A stretch of 64,000 nt of DNA from Lama guanicoe (lineage: Eukaryota): contig MU053645.1 in the NCBI GenBank assembly GCA_013239625.1, positions 124,001 to 188,000 on the forward strand, read 5' to 3'. A model generated the notes under the pieces. It saw nothing but the letters and a program-made list of their open reading frames with translations. It was not told where the DNA came from and did not search any database. Position numbers and translations under genes: made by a program. Shown here in pieces: positions 10,801-24,649 of this stretch (position 1 is its first letter; every line of letters starts with the position of its first letter).

Positions 10801-13740
10801 GGTAACCTAGAAGAAATGTATAAATTCCTAGAAACATACAACCTACCAAAGACTGAATCACAAAGAAATAGGAAATCTGGATGTATTATTAGTAAGGATA
10901 TAGAATCAGTAATCAAATCCTTTCCAACAAACAAAACTCCAGGATTAGGTAGCCTTACTGTTAAATTCTATCAAACATTTAAAAGAAAAATTAAGAGCGA
11001 TTCTCCTCAAACCCCTAAAACATAGAAGAGGAGGAAACTCTTCTAAATTCCTTTTACAAGCTCAGCATTACTCTGACATAACTAGGTAAGGACATCACAA
11101 GCAAAGAAAATTATAGGCCAATATCTCTGATAAACATAGATACAAAAATCCTCAACAAAATATTAGCAAACCAAATTCAACAATAAATACGTTAAAAGGA
11201 TAATACACCATAATCAAGTAGGCTTTATTCCAGGGATACAAGGATGGTTCAACATCTGTAAGTCAATCAATACAATACATCACATTAACAAAATGAAGGC
11301 TAAAAATCATTGCAATAGATGATCATCTCAATATAGGATCATCTCAACAGATGCAGAAAAAACATTTGACAAAATTAAACGCACATTTATGATAAAACTC
11401 TCAACAAATTGGGTACAGAGGGAGTATACTTCAACATAATAAAGGTCATATATGACAAGCCCACAGCTAACATCATACTCAGTGGTAAAAAGCTTAAAAT
11501 TTTCCCTCTAAGAACAGGAACAAGACAGGGATGCCTTTCTCCCACTTTTATTCAACATAATATTGGAAGTCCTAGCTAGAGCAATCAGGCAAGGAAAAGA
11601 AATAAAAGGAATCAAAATTGGAAAGAAAGAATTAAAACTGTCACTATTTGCACATGACATGACGCTATATATAGAAAAACCAAAAGACTTCATTAAAAAA
11701 ACTCTTAGAACTAATAAACGAATTCAGTAAAGTTGCAGGATACAAAAATCAACACACAAGTTGTGTTTCTATTCATTAATAACAAACTATCAGAAAGAGA
11801 AATTAAAAAAAATCCCATTTACAATTCCTCCAAAAATAATAAAATACCTAAGAATAAATTTAACCAAAGAGGTGAAAGACTTGTATAATGAAAACTATAA
11901 GATGTTAATCAAAGAAATTGTAGAAGACACAAATAAATAAAAAACTATACCACACTCACGGATTTAAAAAAATTATTATAGTCCATGCTATTTAAAGCAA
12001 TCTACAGATTCAGTGCAATTCCTATCAAAATTCCAACAGCACTTTCATAGAAATAGAACAAACAATCCTAAAATTTGTATGGAACCATAAAAGACCCTTG
12101 AATAGCCAAAGCAATCTTGAAAAAGAACAGTGCTGGAGACATCATGCTTCCAGATTTCAAAGTATATTACAAGGCTTTAGTAATCAAAATTGTATGCTTT
12201 GGCACAAAAGCAGACACATAGATCAATGCAACAGAATAGAGCACCCAGAAGGAAACCCACACACAAATGGTCAATTAATCTACAAGGGAGCCAAGAATGT
12301 AAAATGGAGAGATGACAGTTTCTTCAAAACATAGCATTCAGAAAACTGTATTGTCACATTCAAAAGAATGAAACTGGACCGTTATCTTACACCACACACA
12401 AAATTAACTTAAACCAGATTAAAGACTGAAATTTAAGACTTGCAACCATAAACTAGAGGAACACATAGATGGTAAGCTACTTCACATAGGTCGTGGTGAT
12501 AATTTTTTGAATCTGACATCAAAAGCAAAAGCAAAAGCAAAAAAAGCAAACAAACAAAATCAAGTGGGATTATGTAAAATTAAAAAGCTTCTGCACAGCA
12601 AAAGAAACCATTAACAAAATGAAAAGGCAACCTCCCTAATGGAAGAAAATATTTGCCAATCATATATTGGACAGGGGATTAATATCCAAAAAATATAAAG
12701 AACTCCTACAACTCAAGAACAAAAAAATGCAATTAAAAATGCAGAAGACCTGAATCGATATTTTTCCAAAGAAGACATACAGATGGCCAACAGGTACATG
12801 AAAAGGTACTCAACATCGGTAATCATCAGGGAAATGCAATCAAAATCACAATGAGATGTCACCTCACACTTGTTAGAACGTCTATTATCAAAACAAAATA
12901 AAACCAGATAACAAGAGGTGTTGAGGATGTGGAGGAAAAGGTTCAATACTTGCGACTTGTTGCTAGGAATGCTAACTGGTATAACCACTATGTAAAACAG
13001 TATGGAGTTTCCTCATAAAATTAAAAAAAACTACCATATGATTCAGCAACTCCACTTCTGAGTATTTATCCAAAAAAGTGAAAACACTAACTCAAAAAGA
13101 TATATGTACCCATGTTCATAACAGTATTATTTACAATATACACTAGGCAAGGTATGAAAGTGAACTAAGTGTCCATTGATAAATGAATGGATAAAAAATG
13201 TGATACATATATATTATTCAGCCATAGACAAGAATTAAATCTTGTCAACTGTGACAACATGGATGAAACTTGAGGGCACTAAGCTAAATGAAAAAAATCA
13301 GAAAAAGACAAATGCTGTACGATATCACATATATGTAAAACATCAAAACAAAAACAAAACCCCAAATAAAACAAAACAAAAAACCCAGTCTCATAGATAC
13401 AGAGAACAGATTGGTGGTTGCCAATAGTGGTGGGAGAGGGGTGGGAGAAATACGTGAAGGGGATCAAAAAGTATAAACTTCAGTCATAAAATAAATAAGT
13501 CATGGGGATGTAATGTACCTCATGGTGACTATAGTTAATGCTGTATTTCGTGTTTTAAAGTAAATCTTTAAAATTCTCATCACAAGAAAAAAATTTTTTG
13601 TAACTATAGAAGGTGACAGATGTTAACTAGACTTACTGTGGCGATCATTTCACAACGTATACAAACACCAAATCATTATGTTGTAAATGCGAAACTAATA
13701 TAACGTTATATGTCAATTAGGCCTCAATTAAAACATTTTT
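7835..13740 (+). mobile_element. Old near-full-span LINE-1: long 5'UTR, start of ORF1, internal deletion, degraded ORF2, 3'UTR
   Basis: ORF2 remnants ([35 protein letters not shown]). An ORF1-like start at ~10115-10310 jumps to post-endonuclease ORF2. Many stops and frameshifts. Confidence 0.9.
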
Positions 13741-13749
13741 TTACTTCTA

Positions 13750-15455
13750 GAAAAGAAGAAGGAAAAATGCTGAGAGGCCTACACAAAAGCTGCTGGGCCT
13801 TTTGGTCTATTCCCCAGGTCCACAGGGAAGGGTGGAGGGATCAGTCACAAGGGCTGACAAAGTGCAGACCCCAGCAGGGCCACCTCCCTGGATTTGGCCA
13901 CAAGTTCTCTGGAAAAGGAGAAAGAGGAGGATCAGAGAGTAGGTGAAGCAACTGGCTGGGGTGGACAGCTGTTTCCTTGCTGGGACTCCTGGGGGCGTGC
14001 AGGGTGGGCCTGTTCTAGCAGAACCCAGGCTTCCCTGGAGGGAGTGGCAGCCAGAAAGCTGCAGCTGCTGTTTACATTCTGTTATCCTGGCAACGGCTGC
14101 CGTAATGGCACTCTGAAGGACCGGGTTTGTAGTAATGTACCCCACGCTGTGCCACCCCTCCTTTATTAACTCTAGCTAGATTACCTCTGGAGGGATCTAA
14201 TTAAGTTTCTAAGGTCTCTTTGGGTTGCTGGACAAAGCAATTTTGAAAGGTACTATATATATTTTTCCCTCTTGAAGCTTCAACAACTTGCTGACTGCAG
14301 GGTGTTTATTGGCACCCGGGACGTATACTTCAAGTTACTGAGTTTATGCGAGAGCCCTCATCCCCATCTCAGTGTTGGAGAGCCCTAAACAGTGGCTAGG
14401 ATACTGCTTCCCTGCTTTCTTCGAACCCCTTTGTTGGATCACTTATTTGACCAGCCAGATGAGCTCAGCAAGGGAGTCAGGCACTAAAGAGGACCAGAAA
14501 TCCCCCGCAGAACTGAAAAGTTTATATAAAAAATATGCTAACACTCTCTAAGAATGCCCCCATGGCTTCCTCTAGTATTCCCCAAGACTCTCATGCATGG
14601 CTGGCAAAGTGCCCCATGGGACATTTAGACTCTTGCAAATAATCCACTAGCAACCTTCTAATATGCCCTGCAGACTCCACTAATACCTCCCAAAGGTACT
14701 GCGTGGGATCTTCAGGCCTTTTACTTTTCCAGAATAGCATTGTGGTTAATTGACTGCTTGGCTCACTACACCAATTTGTCAGGAGCTCAGTTGAGCTGGA
14801 CAGAAAACTGATCTGCCAGATGTCAGAGTAGCTGCATAAGACAACAAGCCAAAGTGAAAGTAACACTCAAGCCTTACTTAAATCACTTACTGCAATAAGA
14901 TAAGCAAAAAGCTCAATTGGGAAAAGTGCTGACTCCACTCTTTTCCATTTTGCCCATAGACCAGTACCAGCATAGGATCAGATGGATGGGCACAGACATG
15001 GATATTGTCTCACTGTGGAGGGAACCCTGAACAAAATGCTCCTGTGGTTTTAGGGTCCCAGGAGCTGGGAAATAGAAGTCGGGGAGGGCTAAGAGGGTAA
15101 TGAGTACTGATTCAGAAAGGAGAAAAACTGTTTTCAAGGTTCCTTCCTTCCCCACGTCCCTCCCAAAGAGATTTCAGCAGAGGCACTGGAGGAAGGCCTC
15201 TGCCAAAGGCCGTTGATAAAGAAGCCTCCAAATGGAGGCAGGTGGGCTAGGAATGCACTTATGTATAAGAACATGGCCACCCAGGGGAGGCTGATTCCTT
15301 GACAGCAACCCTCCCCAGAGAATTCACTGCATTGGTTGTACAAGAACTCTGGTGTAGAGAGAGCAGCATTCTCTTGTGAGGTCTGCCAGCTAAAGTCTTC
15401 ATAATTGCCTATGGTCAGGCTGGAAAATCACATATAAGTTCTTAACCAGGACCCA
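13750..15455 (-). mobile_element. Probable continuation of the degenerate ERV internal sequence interrupted by the L1
   Basis: Composition resembles 6450-7790 on the other side of the L1. I recovered no decisive motif. Confidence 0.35.
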
Positions 15456-15459
15456 GACC

Positions 15460-16265
15460 CTTTGTTTTCACTATATTTCTTTAGTGTGTTGTTGTTGTTG
15501 TTATTGGTTGCTCTAGGGCTTAACATATACACCTTAGCTTTTCAAAGTCAGCTTCAGATTTATACTAACTTAATTTTACTTAGATATAGAAATATTACTT
15601 TTATATGGCTGTTTTCCTTTTACCCTATTTGGGTAATATTGTTATACATGTTAAATAATGTTACAAACCTGAGAATACATTGTTGTAACTATTATTTTGT
15701 AAAATTTTATGTCTCTTCAAGGATCTGAGAGGAGAATAAACACATGTTTATAGCTCTTTTATATTATCCCTCTTATTTACCATAGCTGGTTCTCTTCATT
15801 TGTTCCTGTGAATTCCAGTTACCATCTAAGTCATTTCCTTAGCCTATTACAGCTTTGCTTCCACCCACATCCACTGTGCTGTTATTGCTAAATACATTAC
15901 ATTTCTGTATAAGTCTCACAATATATTTTATACTTATTTTAATACCATTGCTTTTAAAGTCACTTAAATGAAAGGAGAATAAATATGCTTTACACAGTCT
16001 TTTATAATTACATGGTTAATGTTGCTCTTTGTATGTGTATGTTTTCAAACCACCATTGGGGTCACCCATTGTCAGCCTGAAAATTTCCTTTAGTATTTCC
16101 GGTATGGCAGATGTGCTAGCAACAAATTCTTTAAGCTTTTGTTTTCCTGGAATGTGTTTATTTTACCTTCATTCTTAAAAGATCACTTTGGTTGATATGG
16201 GATTATTGGTTGACAGTCTTCTTCTTTGAGCACAGTATTCTACTGCCTTCTGGCCTCCATTGTCT
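15460..16265 (-). mobile_element. Ancient L1M fragment (ORF1/inter-ORF region)
   Basis: T-rich antisense L1 hallmarks: tgctagcaacaaattct..., ccttcattcttaaaagat, ctgccttctggcctccattg. Confidence 0.7.
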
Positions 16266-16274
16266 CTCTCTTTT

Positions 16275-18310
16275 TCTTTTTTAAATTGAAGTATAGTTGA
16301 CATACAAAATTATATTAGTTTCAGATGCTCAACACAGTGATTCAACATTTATACACATTACAAGTTAATCATCACAATAAGTATAGCAAACATCTGTCAC
16401 CATAATAAGTTATTGCAATATTATTGCCTATATTCCCTGTGTTGTATATTAATTATCAGAGATTTATTTATTTTATAAATGGAAGTTTGTACCTCTGAAT
16501 CCCCCTCACCTATTTTGCCCAACCTCCCACCACTCTCCCTTCTGGTGACCACCAGTTTGTTCTCTGTATCTATGAGTCTGCTGGTGTTTTGTTTATTTGT
16601 TTGTGCTTTTTAAGTAATATTCCACATAGAAGTGAGATTAGACAGGATTTGTCTTTTTCTGTCTGACTTATTTCACTTAGCGTAATATCCTCAAGGTCCA
16701 TCCACATTGTTGCAAATGCAAGATTTCATTATTTTCTATGGCTGAGTAGTATTCCATTTTATATACCATATCCTTTTTATCCACGTATCTGTTGATGGAC
16801 GCTTAGGTTGTTTCCATATGTTGGCTATTGTAAACAATGCTGCAAAGAACACTGGTATGCATTTCAAATTAGTTTTTTTTCTTTTTTATAAATACCTAGA
16901 GGTGGAATTGGTTGATTGTATGGTAGCTTTATTTTTAGTTTTTTGAGAAATCTGCATAATGTTTTCTGTAGTGGTTGCACCAATTTACATGCCCACTAAC
17001 AGGGCCCGAGGGTTCCCTTTTCTCTATAACTTCTTCAACACTTGTTTTTTGTTGTCTTTTTGATGACAGCCATTCTGATAGGTTGTGGTGATATCTCACT
17101 GTGGTTTGGATTTGAATTTATCTGATGATTAGGGATGTTGAGCATCTTTTCATGTGTCTGTTGGCCATTGTATGTCTTCCCTGGGAAAATGTCTACTCAA
17201 ATTCCCTGTCCAATTTTTATTCAGATTTTTAATAAATATATTGAGTTGTGTGAGTTTATTATATATTTTTAATATTAACCCCTTACTGGATATACCATTT
17301 GCAAATATCTTCTCCCATTCAGTAGGCTGCCTTTTGGTTTTGTTGATGGTTTCCTTCACTGTGCAAAAACTTTTCAGTTTGATGTAGTACAATTTATTTG
17401 TTTTTCTTTGTCTCCTTTGCCTGAGGAGATTGATCCAAAAGAAATCACTAAGACTGATGTCAAACAGTGTACTGCCTTTGTTTTCTCCTAGGAATTTAAG
17501 GTATCGGGTACTACATTTAAATTTTTATACTATTTTGAGGTTATTTTGTAGATGATATAAGAAAGTTTTCCAGTTTCATCTTTTGTATGTGGCTATCCAG
17601 TTTTTCCAACACCATTTATTGAAGACACTGTCTTCAATATGTATATTCTTGTCTGTATATTCTTGTCGCTTTGTCATAAATTAATTGACCGTATAAGCAT
17701 GAGTTTATTTCTGGGCTCTCTATTCTGTTCCATTGATATCTATGTGTCTGTTTTTATACCAAGGCCATACAGTATTGATTACTCTAGCTTTGTAGTATAG
17801 TTTGAAATCAAGGCCTGTGATGTATCTAGCTTTGTTCTTCTTTCTTAAGATTACTCTAACTATTCAGGATCTTTTGTGTTTTCATACAAATTTTACGATT
17901 ATTTGTTTTTGTTCTATGAAAAATGCCATTGGAATTCTGATAGAGATTGCATTGAATCTGTAGATTGCTTTGGGTACTATAGACATTTTAACAATATTAA
18001 TTTTTCCAGTCCACCAGCATGAAATATCTTTTCATTTATTTGTGTCTTCTTCAGTTTCTGTCACCAGTGTCTGATAGTTTTTGGAGTAGAGGTCTTTTGC
18101 CTCCTTAGGTAGGTTTATTCCTAGATATTTTATTCTCTTTGATGCAATGGTAAATGGCACTGATTCCTTAATTTTTCTTTTTGATATTTCATTGTTAGTG
18201 TGTAAAAATGGAACAGATTTCTGCATATTAATTTTTTTTCCTGTAAATTTACTGAATTTATTGAAGACTTCTGGCAATGATTATAGAATTTTCTATGCAG
18301 AGTATCAAAT
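16275..18310 (-). mobile_element. 5'-truncated LINE-1 (ORF2 C-terminal part and 3'UTR)
   Basis: [29 protein letters not shown] and RIKYLGINLPKEAKDLYSKNY. The T-tract at ~16272-16282 is the poly(A). Confidence 0.92.
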
Positions 18311-18315
18311 GGTAT

Positions 18316-19499
18316 TTAATTTTGTCTCTGGTCCAACCTCAAGAAGAGAGCATGGCATTGTCAAAAAACACTGATTCAAATTTTGAAGGGAATGTAGTAA
18401 CGTAACTAACCAAACACTGACAAAATCAATGCCCGGAACACCTAATTGGCTTGCCAAAGGTCACACCAATTAATGGCAGAGTCAAGACTCCAACCAAGAT
18501 TTCCTGATGTCTAATCTGCATTTAAACAAGACTGCTTCTTTTCTATCGAGCAAATGTGGAAACATGACAACTGAAGGTTAATTAGCCAGCCACAGAGAAA
18601 TTCAATGGCTTCTCAGATTAAGGGAATCTGAAAGGACCAGACTAAGCTATCTTCACCACTCTCTTTCCACCTTTGACCAAAAACATTGTCAGGAACTGAG
18701 AAGGAGTTGCCAGTCCTGAAAACTGAGAAGCTCCAAGTCTGGCTGGGAGAATAGGCTGAATGTGAAGTGGAAATATAACTAAAGCATCACTCCATGTAAT
18801 ATATTAACTGCCAACTATGGAGCTGAAAGAATCAGGAGGGGTCACAGTGGGTTGGCTTTTCTCAGGACAGGAGGAGGAAGCACTTAAGGTGGACACCAAA
18901 AGACAGGCAGCACACACCTGACTTCCTAGGACAGTTTTCACTTTGCCCCTTCCAAGTGCCCTTGACTCTTTCTCTCTGGAGGAAGGGCAATATAATAGAG
19001 ATTTGACTTTACGCTGCTGTGGGAACTGGTCAAACAGTTTTGGTTCAGCTGTTTCTTTGGCATCAGGTGCTGATTCTCAACTCACAGGACATGTGGTCCG
19101 GAAGGAAGAATGAACAGGGACTGGGGAAAGGTTGGGGAAAGTTGAAACATGCAAGCAAGATGGAACTTGTAACTTTCCTTTCCTTCATTGGATCCCACAT
19201 CAGAATTTGTCTATCTCCAAACCTAAAGAATTGCTGGTATGCGTGACCTGCAAGAGAAATGTAACTCTTGCCCCAAAGTCCCTCTTGAACTTGGCCCAGA
19301 AGTTAGAGAAGCTAGAGGAGTATGACTCTGGGGGCTGGAGCTGTGAGCATGGCTACTGCCATTATCAACAAGGGGGATCAGTAGATGCACAGAAAAGTGT
19401 GTGATCCATAACAAGGTGCCTGACCTACATCATCCTTCCAAGCATGAAACATGGCTACTTTTTCATTTCTACTTTCCAGAACTTAAGCCAGCTTTTATG
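18316..19499 (+). repeat. Local direct duplication, copy 2
   Basis: Same as copy 1. Its right end continues into an LTR-like end and ERVL internal sequence. Confidence 0.97.
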
Positions 19500-21770
19500 G
19501 TGGCCAACCTTAGCTCCTAACATGCAAAGCAAATATTTCTGGGAAACGTAGTTTGGCTTAGCCAAGTTGACATGTCACAGAGCTTTCACACTCCAGCCCT
19601 TGCAGCTTGGCACTCAGTGAGACTTCCAACTGAAGAAAAGAGCAAAGCCTGCTTCAGCCTATCAGGATGCAACTCTCCCAAGTAAGACTGAGAACATACT
19701 AACCCTCTTTGTAAAAGAGGATACAAGGTCTCTTTATCTATCTTGGGTGATGTTCATTCTTCTCAGTCCACTTTGATGTCTTGTAACTTGTACATTGAAA
19801 TAAAAATTAACCACAATCAGCGCATCTTATATAAATAAGAAATAATAGGGGGAAAAGAAGGTAGAAGAAAAATGGTTAACACAAATACAAATATACTGAT
19901 ATCAAAATATGGAAGAAATACTCATGGCTATCTCAGCCCTGGGTTTTGCAACTGGTCTGGTGGCCATAACTGGTGTTTTCAACTAATCTTATGCTACCCA
20001 CTCCATACTCTCCTTGCTGTCAGCAAGTCCCTTAGCCGAGTGTAGTTACTTGCCTGGTGGAATGACCCAATTCTTCATTCCTGGAGGATCTGGACCATTA
20101 CTGCCCTGTTTTATGGGCTGTTGTAGTTTGCCATTGACTTTACTCACAGGACATGGGAGTGCCAAGAGGCAATCCTGGGAAGTTCCTGCTTTACAAACTC
20201 CCATTTTGTGTAGCAGTGAAATTTCCTCTTGATAGTCAGGATCTACCACCTCAGCCAGTATTCTAATCTCTTTTTTCTATTCATTCAGTGGCATGCGTAA
20301 CCCAAGGTGGCCAGGTGGCAATCTAAACTATAAGTTTAGTGGAACCTCTGTGGAAGCTTTCCTCTGTTTGAACTCAGAGAGCCTAGTTCATAGGGACAGG
20401 AAGCAAGAATTGTGCTAGTGGATTAGTAGGGGAATAATGGGAGGATCTACACTCACTTTGATTCCCCAACCTGTGAATCCAGGCTATGGGAGAAGCACCA
20501 TCACATTCTGGATGCTGCTTTAGACCATATACCACATCATCTAGCTGTTGTCATGTAGCTGGCTTTGTAACTGTGTCATCAAAGGGCCATTCCACTCTCT
20601 ATTCCATCAGCTGTTTTAAGGTGATGGGAAACATGAATTTCATGAGTAGCAGTCCATTTCCATATTTTGTTTGGTGTGAAATGATTTTTTTTGGAAAAAT
20701 GCTGTGTAGAATACTTTAGTGGTGGACATGGTGGCTCATATTTCTTTGAATGGTAGTTTTAGCAAGTGCATTTCAGGCAAGGAAGGTGAACCTTTATTCA
20801 AAGTCAATGTCTATTTCTTTGAGAATAAAACAATACCCCTTCTCTGATAGAAGTGATCTAATGTAATCGGGTTGAAAAAGGTAGTTTACTAGTTCTCTGA
20901 GAAATAGTGTCATAAAGTGTTGATATCTGATGTAGCTGTAGCCGGGTCAGCCATGTTAAATTGCAGTACATTTATCTGAGACCATGTATGATCTCCATCC
21001 CAGCTAACATGCTGATATTTTCATAAACACATCAGACAAAGACAAGGGTATTTGGCAAAAAACGCCAACTGACATCCACAGAATGCATCATATTATCCAC
21101 CTGATTGTTTTAACTTCTACTCTGCTGATGTTGTTCTTTGGTAAGCATTCAAATGGGACACAAATACCTTCACATACTATTCCCATTTGCAGATGTTCAG
21201 GCACATATTTCTTCCCTACATTTTTACTACCTATTTGACAATCATATTACTTTCAATGAATATCCAGATAAGCCCCTAACCATGAACCAGGCTAGATTCA
21301 TAACTCTGTCCTCACATCTCCTTCCAAACAAAATCAGTAAGATTCTTTGGCATTCTTGTTAATGTTATAGAGTCATATCCTCAAAAAAATTTTTTTATGT
21401 TAAGGTTATCCAGTAGCACTTACTGTTGTTTAAAGCCATGAATTCTGACTGAATAGAGACATTGACATGAGGAATTAGGTTTCATGTAATAAAAATTAAT
21501 GGAATTACGGAACTTTTAAGTTGATTATCTGGTCTAGTAGGGGTAAAGGCAATTGAAATCCCAAGTTGTATTCTATAAGAGGAGTATGAAATGAAATGAC
21601 AAAGTAACTAAGTGGTCCTCTATTATAAAGGAGATATATAATTTTAGATTTGATTGAGTTTATTGATATGACTGCACTTCCTAGAGATTCTGTATTCAAT
21701 GTGCCAGCTCCACTAGCTTTACACAAGACTGAAATTATTGCTTTAAATATAAGTTTTGAAGAAGACCTTA
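19500..21770 (-). mobile_element. ERVL-type LTR end plus internal region with dUTPase remnant
   Basis: ORF 20046..20249 VDPDYQEEISLLH...LPCPVSKVNGKLQQP...GPDPPGMKNWVIPPGK matches the ERV-L dUTPase/post-dUTPase segment. agccaagttgaca at ~19560 is a typical LTR-end motif. Confidence 0.8.
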
Positions 21771-21792
21771 CACATTAAGAATCAGTCAATCA

Positions 21793-22601
21793 CCTCACAC
21801 CAGTCAGAATGGCCATCATTCAAAAATCCACAAATGACAAATGCTGGAGAGGCTGTGGAGAAAGGGGAACCCTCCTACACTGCTGGTGGGAATGCAGTTT
21901 GGTACAGCCACTGTGGAAAACAGTATGGAGATTCCTCAAAAGACTAGGAATAGACTTACCATATGACCCAGGAATCCCGCTCCAGGGCATATATCCAGAA
22001 GGAACCCTACTTCAAAAAGACACCTGCACCCCAGTGTTCATAGAAGCACTATTTACAATAGCCAAGACATGGAAACAGCCTAAATGTTCATCGACAGATG
22101 ACTGGATAAAGAAGATGTTATATATTTATTCAATGGAATACTATTCAGCTGTAAAAATGACAATATAACGCCATTTGTAGCAACATAAATGTCCCCGGAG
22201 AATGTCATTCTAAGTGAAGTAAGCCAGAAAGAGAAAGAAAAATACCATATGAGATCGTTCATATGTGGGGGAAAAAAAGAAAAAGGCAAATGAACATAAA
22301 TGCAAAACAGAAACAGACTCATAGACATAGAATACAAACTTGTGGTTGCCAGGGCGGAGGAGGGTGGGAAGGCACAGACTGGGAGTTCGAAATTTGTAGA
22401 TACTGACAGGCATATGTAGAATAGATAAACAAGATTATACTGCATAGCATAGGGAAATATATACAGGATCTTGTGGTAGCTCACGGTGAAAAAGAATATG
22501 ACAATGAATATATGTATGTTCATGTATAACTGAAAAATTGTGCTCTACACTTGAAATTGACACAACACAACACTGTAAACTGACTATAACTCAATAAAAA
22601 A
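21793..22601 (+). mobile_element. Young 5'-truncated LINE-1 with target-site duplication
   Basis: ORF2 C-terminus [19 protein letters not shown]..., 3'UTR, aataaa and A-tail. TSD aagaatcagtcaatca (21777-21792) / aagaatcatccaatca (22602-22617). Confidence 0.93.
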
Positions 22602-24542
22602 AAGAATCATCCAATCAATTTCATCTTAGGAAGAATGCATTTCCAGAAAGCATAAATGAACAGCAGTTGAGAATGGGAGGGAGGTGGAGTTCAGGGACAG
22701 TGGCGACTTGCAGTATGGGAAGAGAATCAAGATAGTAGAGGAAAGGAAAGAGAAGTAACAGTTGCTGGATCCCTGTTATGAGCCAGGTACTACATAGGAG
22801 CTTCCAGAAACCACCTCTAAATTTTAGTTGATACTGCAGATAACCACATGATGTGGGGCTTGTTATCATTCCACTCTAGAGGTAAGGAAACTGAGGTTCA
22901 GGGATATTAAGTAAGTTGCTACAAATTACACAGTTACTACATAGCAAGGGCATAACAGGAGCACAGGACTCCAGAGCTCAGAACAGGGGAGTCTGCAGGG
23001 GGAGAGCTGCCCTTCTTATATGTCAGGGACAGATCCTGCCATTGCTACCTACTAGCAAAGCTCAGCTCAGATACAACAGAAAATAAACTGTACCATTTTC
23101 TGACTATGCCACCAGAGGGCACAACTTTGGAAGTTTTCTTTCTAGACAGTCTGTCTGTTCCTTCTGAAGCAAATACCTAGCAAATACGTATAACTGAGAG
23201 AGCAGACTGCGTGCTGTATACCAGGAGTGAGCATGGACAGACCTCAGCATTCGGAGATCTGAGCTTTTCATGCCTTGCTGTGGGACACATACACCCATGA
23301 CCATCTTACATGTGAGATATGCCTTGTCTTGTTCAGTTTGGGCAGTGGGTGTCAGCTGGTTACAAAGATCGCTTGGGCTCAGGACTGATAGTTAGCATTC
23401 ACCTTTGAAACCCTGGTCACCTGATTTAAAATGTTGTACACTTGAAACACACATACATCTATATAGATATAAATATAAAATGCACTTAAGTGAAAAAAAA
23501 AAAAGAAAAGAAACCCCAGTCCCGAGTGTGGTCATTTCCACATAGTAGGAGCTCTGTCTGTGTTCCCTTGAGAAGAAACAATGTCACAGAACAATCACCC
23601 TCTATCTAGTTACTGCTTTGTCAAAATCGCCCAGTGGCTTTCACTGGTGAAGTGTGTGCTATTTAACCTGGCTTCCAAGTCCCACCATAGACAACAGCCT
23701 AGGCATGTCTCATGTTAGCTCCCATTCCCCCAACACTCACCCCTCTCTTAACATATACACATCCTTAATGTAGTCCTGAAGCAGTGAGGGTCTGGAATGA
23801 GATGCTTCACATCACACCCTGCCTGTGGTAAATGCTTAATAAGGAGGAGTTGCTATTACTGCTGCTCCTCCTCCTACTTCTACTGCTGGATCTAGAAACT
23901 GGCAGGGGAAGGATGAACTCAGGTCTCCTAACTGAGTCCAGTGCTCTTTGCTCCCACTGCTTCTTTGCAGCACACAGTTGAGTACACAGTGAATACTGAA
24001 CTGTCAGAACTTTGATTCCACTCTTCTTGGTTCCTTCTCTTTCGGGGTCCTGTGGCCACAGGGGATTTCGGTGACCAGAGGACAGAACTGGCTTCTCTCT
24101 GAGCAGACACAGATGCGTGCAGCATCAGAAGTCTATAGAGTTGGAGGCTACTTTTGACATCATCTCCTCCAGAGCAATGCATAAATAATTTCTACAGCAC
24201 CCATGAAAGGGGTTCACACAGCCTCTGTCTGTATGCACCTGTCCCTCAAAAGGCTGATGATCCCAGCACTGTTTGGCCATGATAGGGAAAACAGTCTTTA
24301 TCCTGCTGCCCCTTAGCACTTTTGCCCCCTGGACCTCATCCTGCCTGCTGAAAAGACACTCTTCCCAGCGTGAGCCTGGACCCTGCCAGCTCTGACAGTC
24401 CTCTTCCTTTTTTGTTATAGATGAAGGATGTGGCAGCAAAGCAACCATTCAAAGTTCCATCCTTATCATTTTTCACTTTGTTCTTTTTGGCCTTGGTTGT
24501 GTACATCAGCTTAGAAAATATCATTCCAGGGCTAATGCCTGG

Positions 24543-24597
24543 GGTTAATGAGTAACTAAGAGCACTCTACTTTTGCAATACAGGGCATGTTATAAAA
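24543..24597 (+). promoter_or_regulatory. SERPINA7: SERPINA7 hepatocyte core promoter: HNF1 site, C/EBP-like site, TATA box
   Basis: GGTTAATGAGTAAC at 24543-24556 (HNF1 consensus GGTTAATNATTAAC), TTTTGCAATA at 24571-24580 and TATAAAA at 24591-24597. It lies ~1.6 kb upstream of the first coding exon, and the TBG promoter is known to depend on HNF1. Confidence 0.8.
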
Positions 24598-24620
24598 ATG
24601 GAAAGATCTTGCTTTCTGAG

Positions 24621-24649
24621 AGATGTAAGTGGCTTCTTGGGCATATGCT
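24621..24649 (+). other. SERPINA7: Probable short non-coding exon 1 of SERPINA7
   Basis: Starts ~30 nt after the TATA box (TSS estimated) and ends at donor CT|gtaagt (24650). A second gtaagt lies at 24625. Confidence 0.6.
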
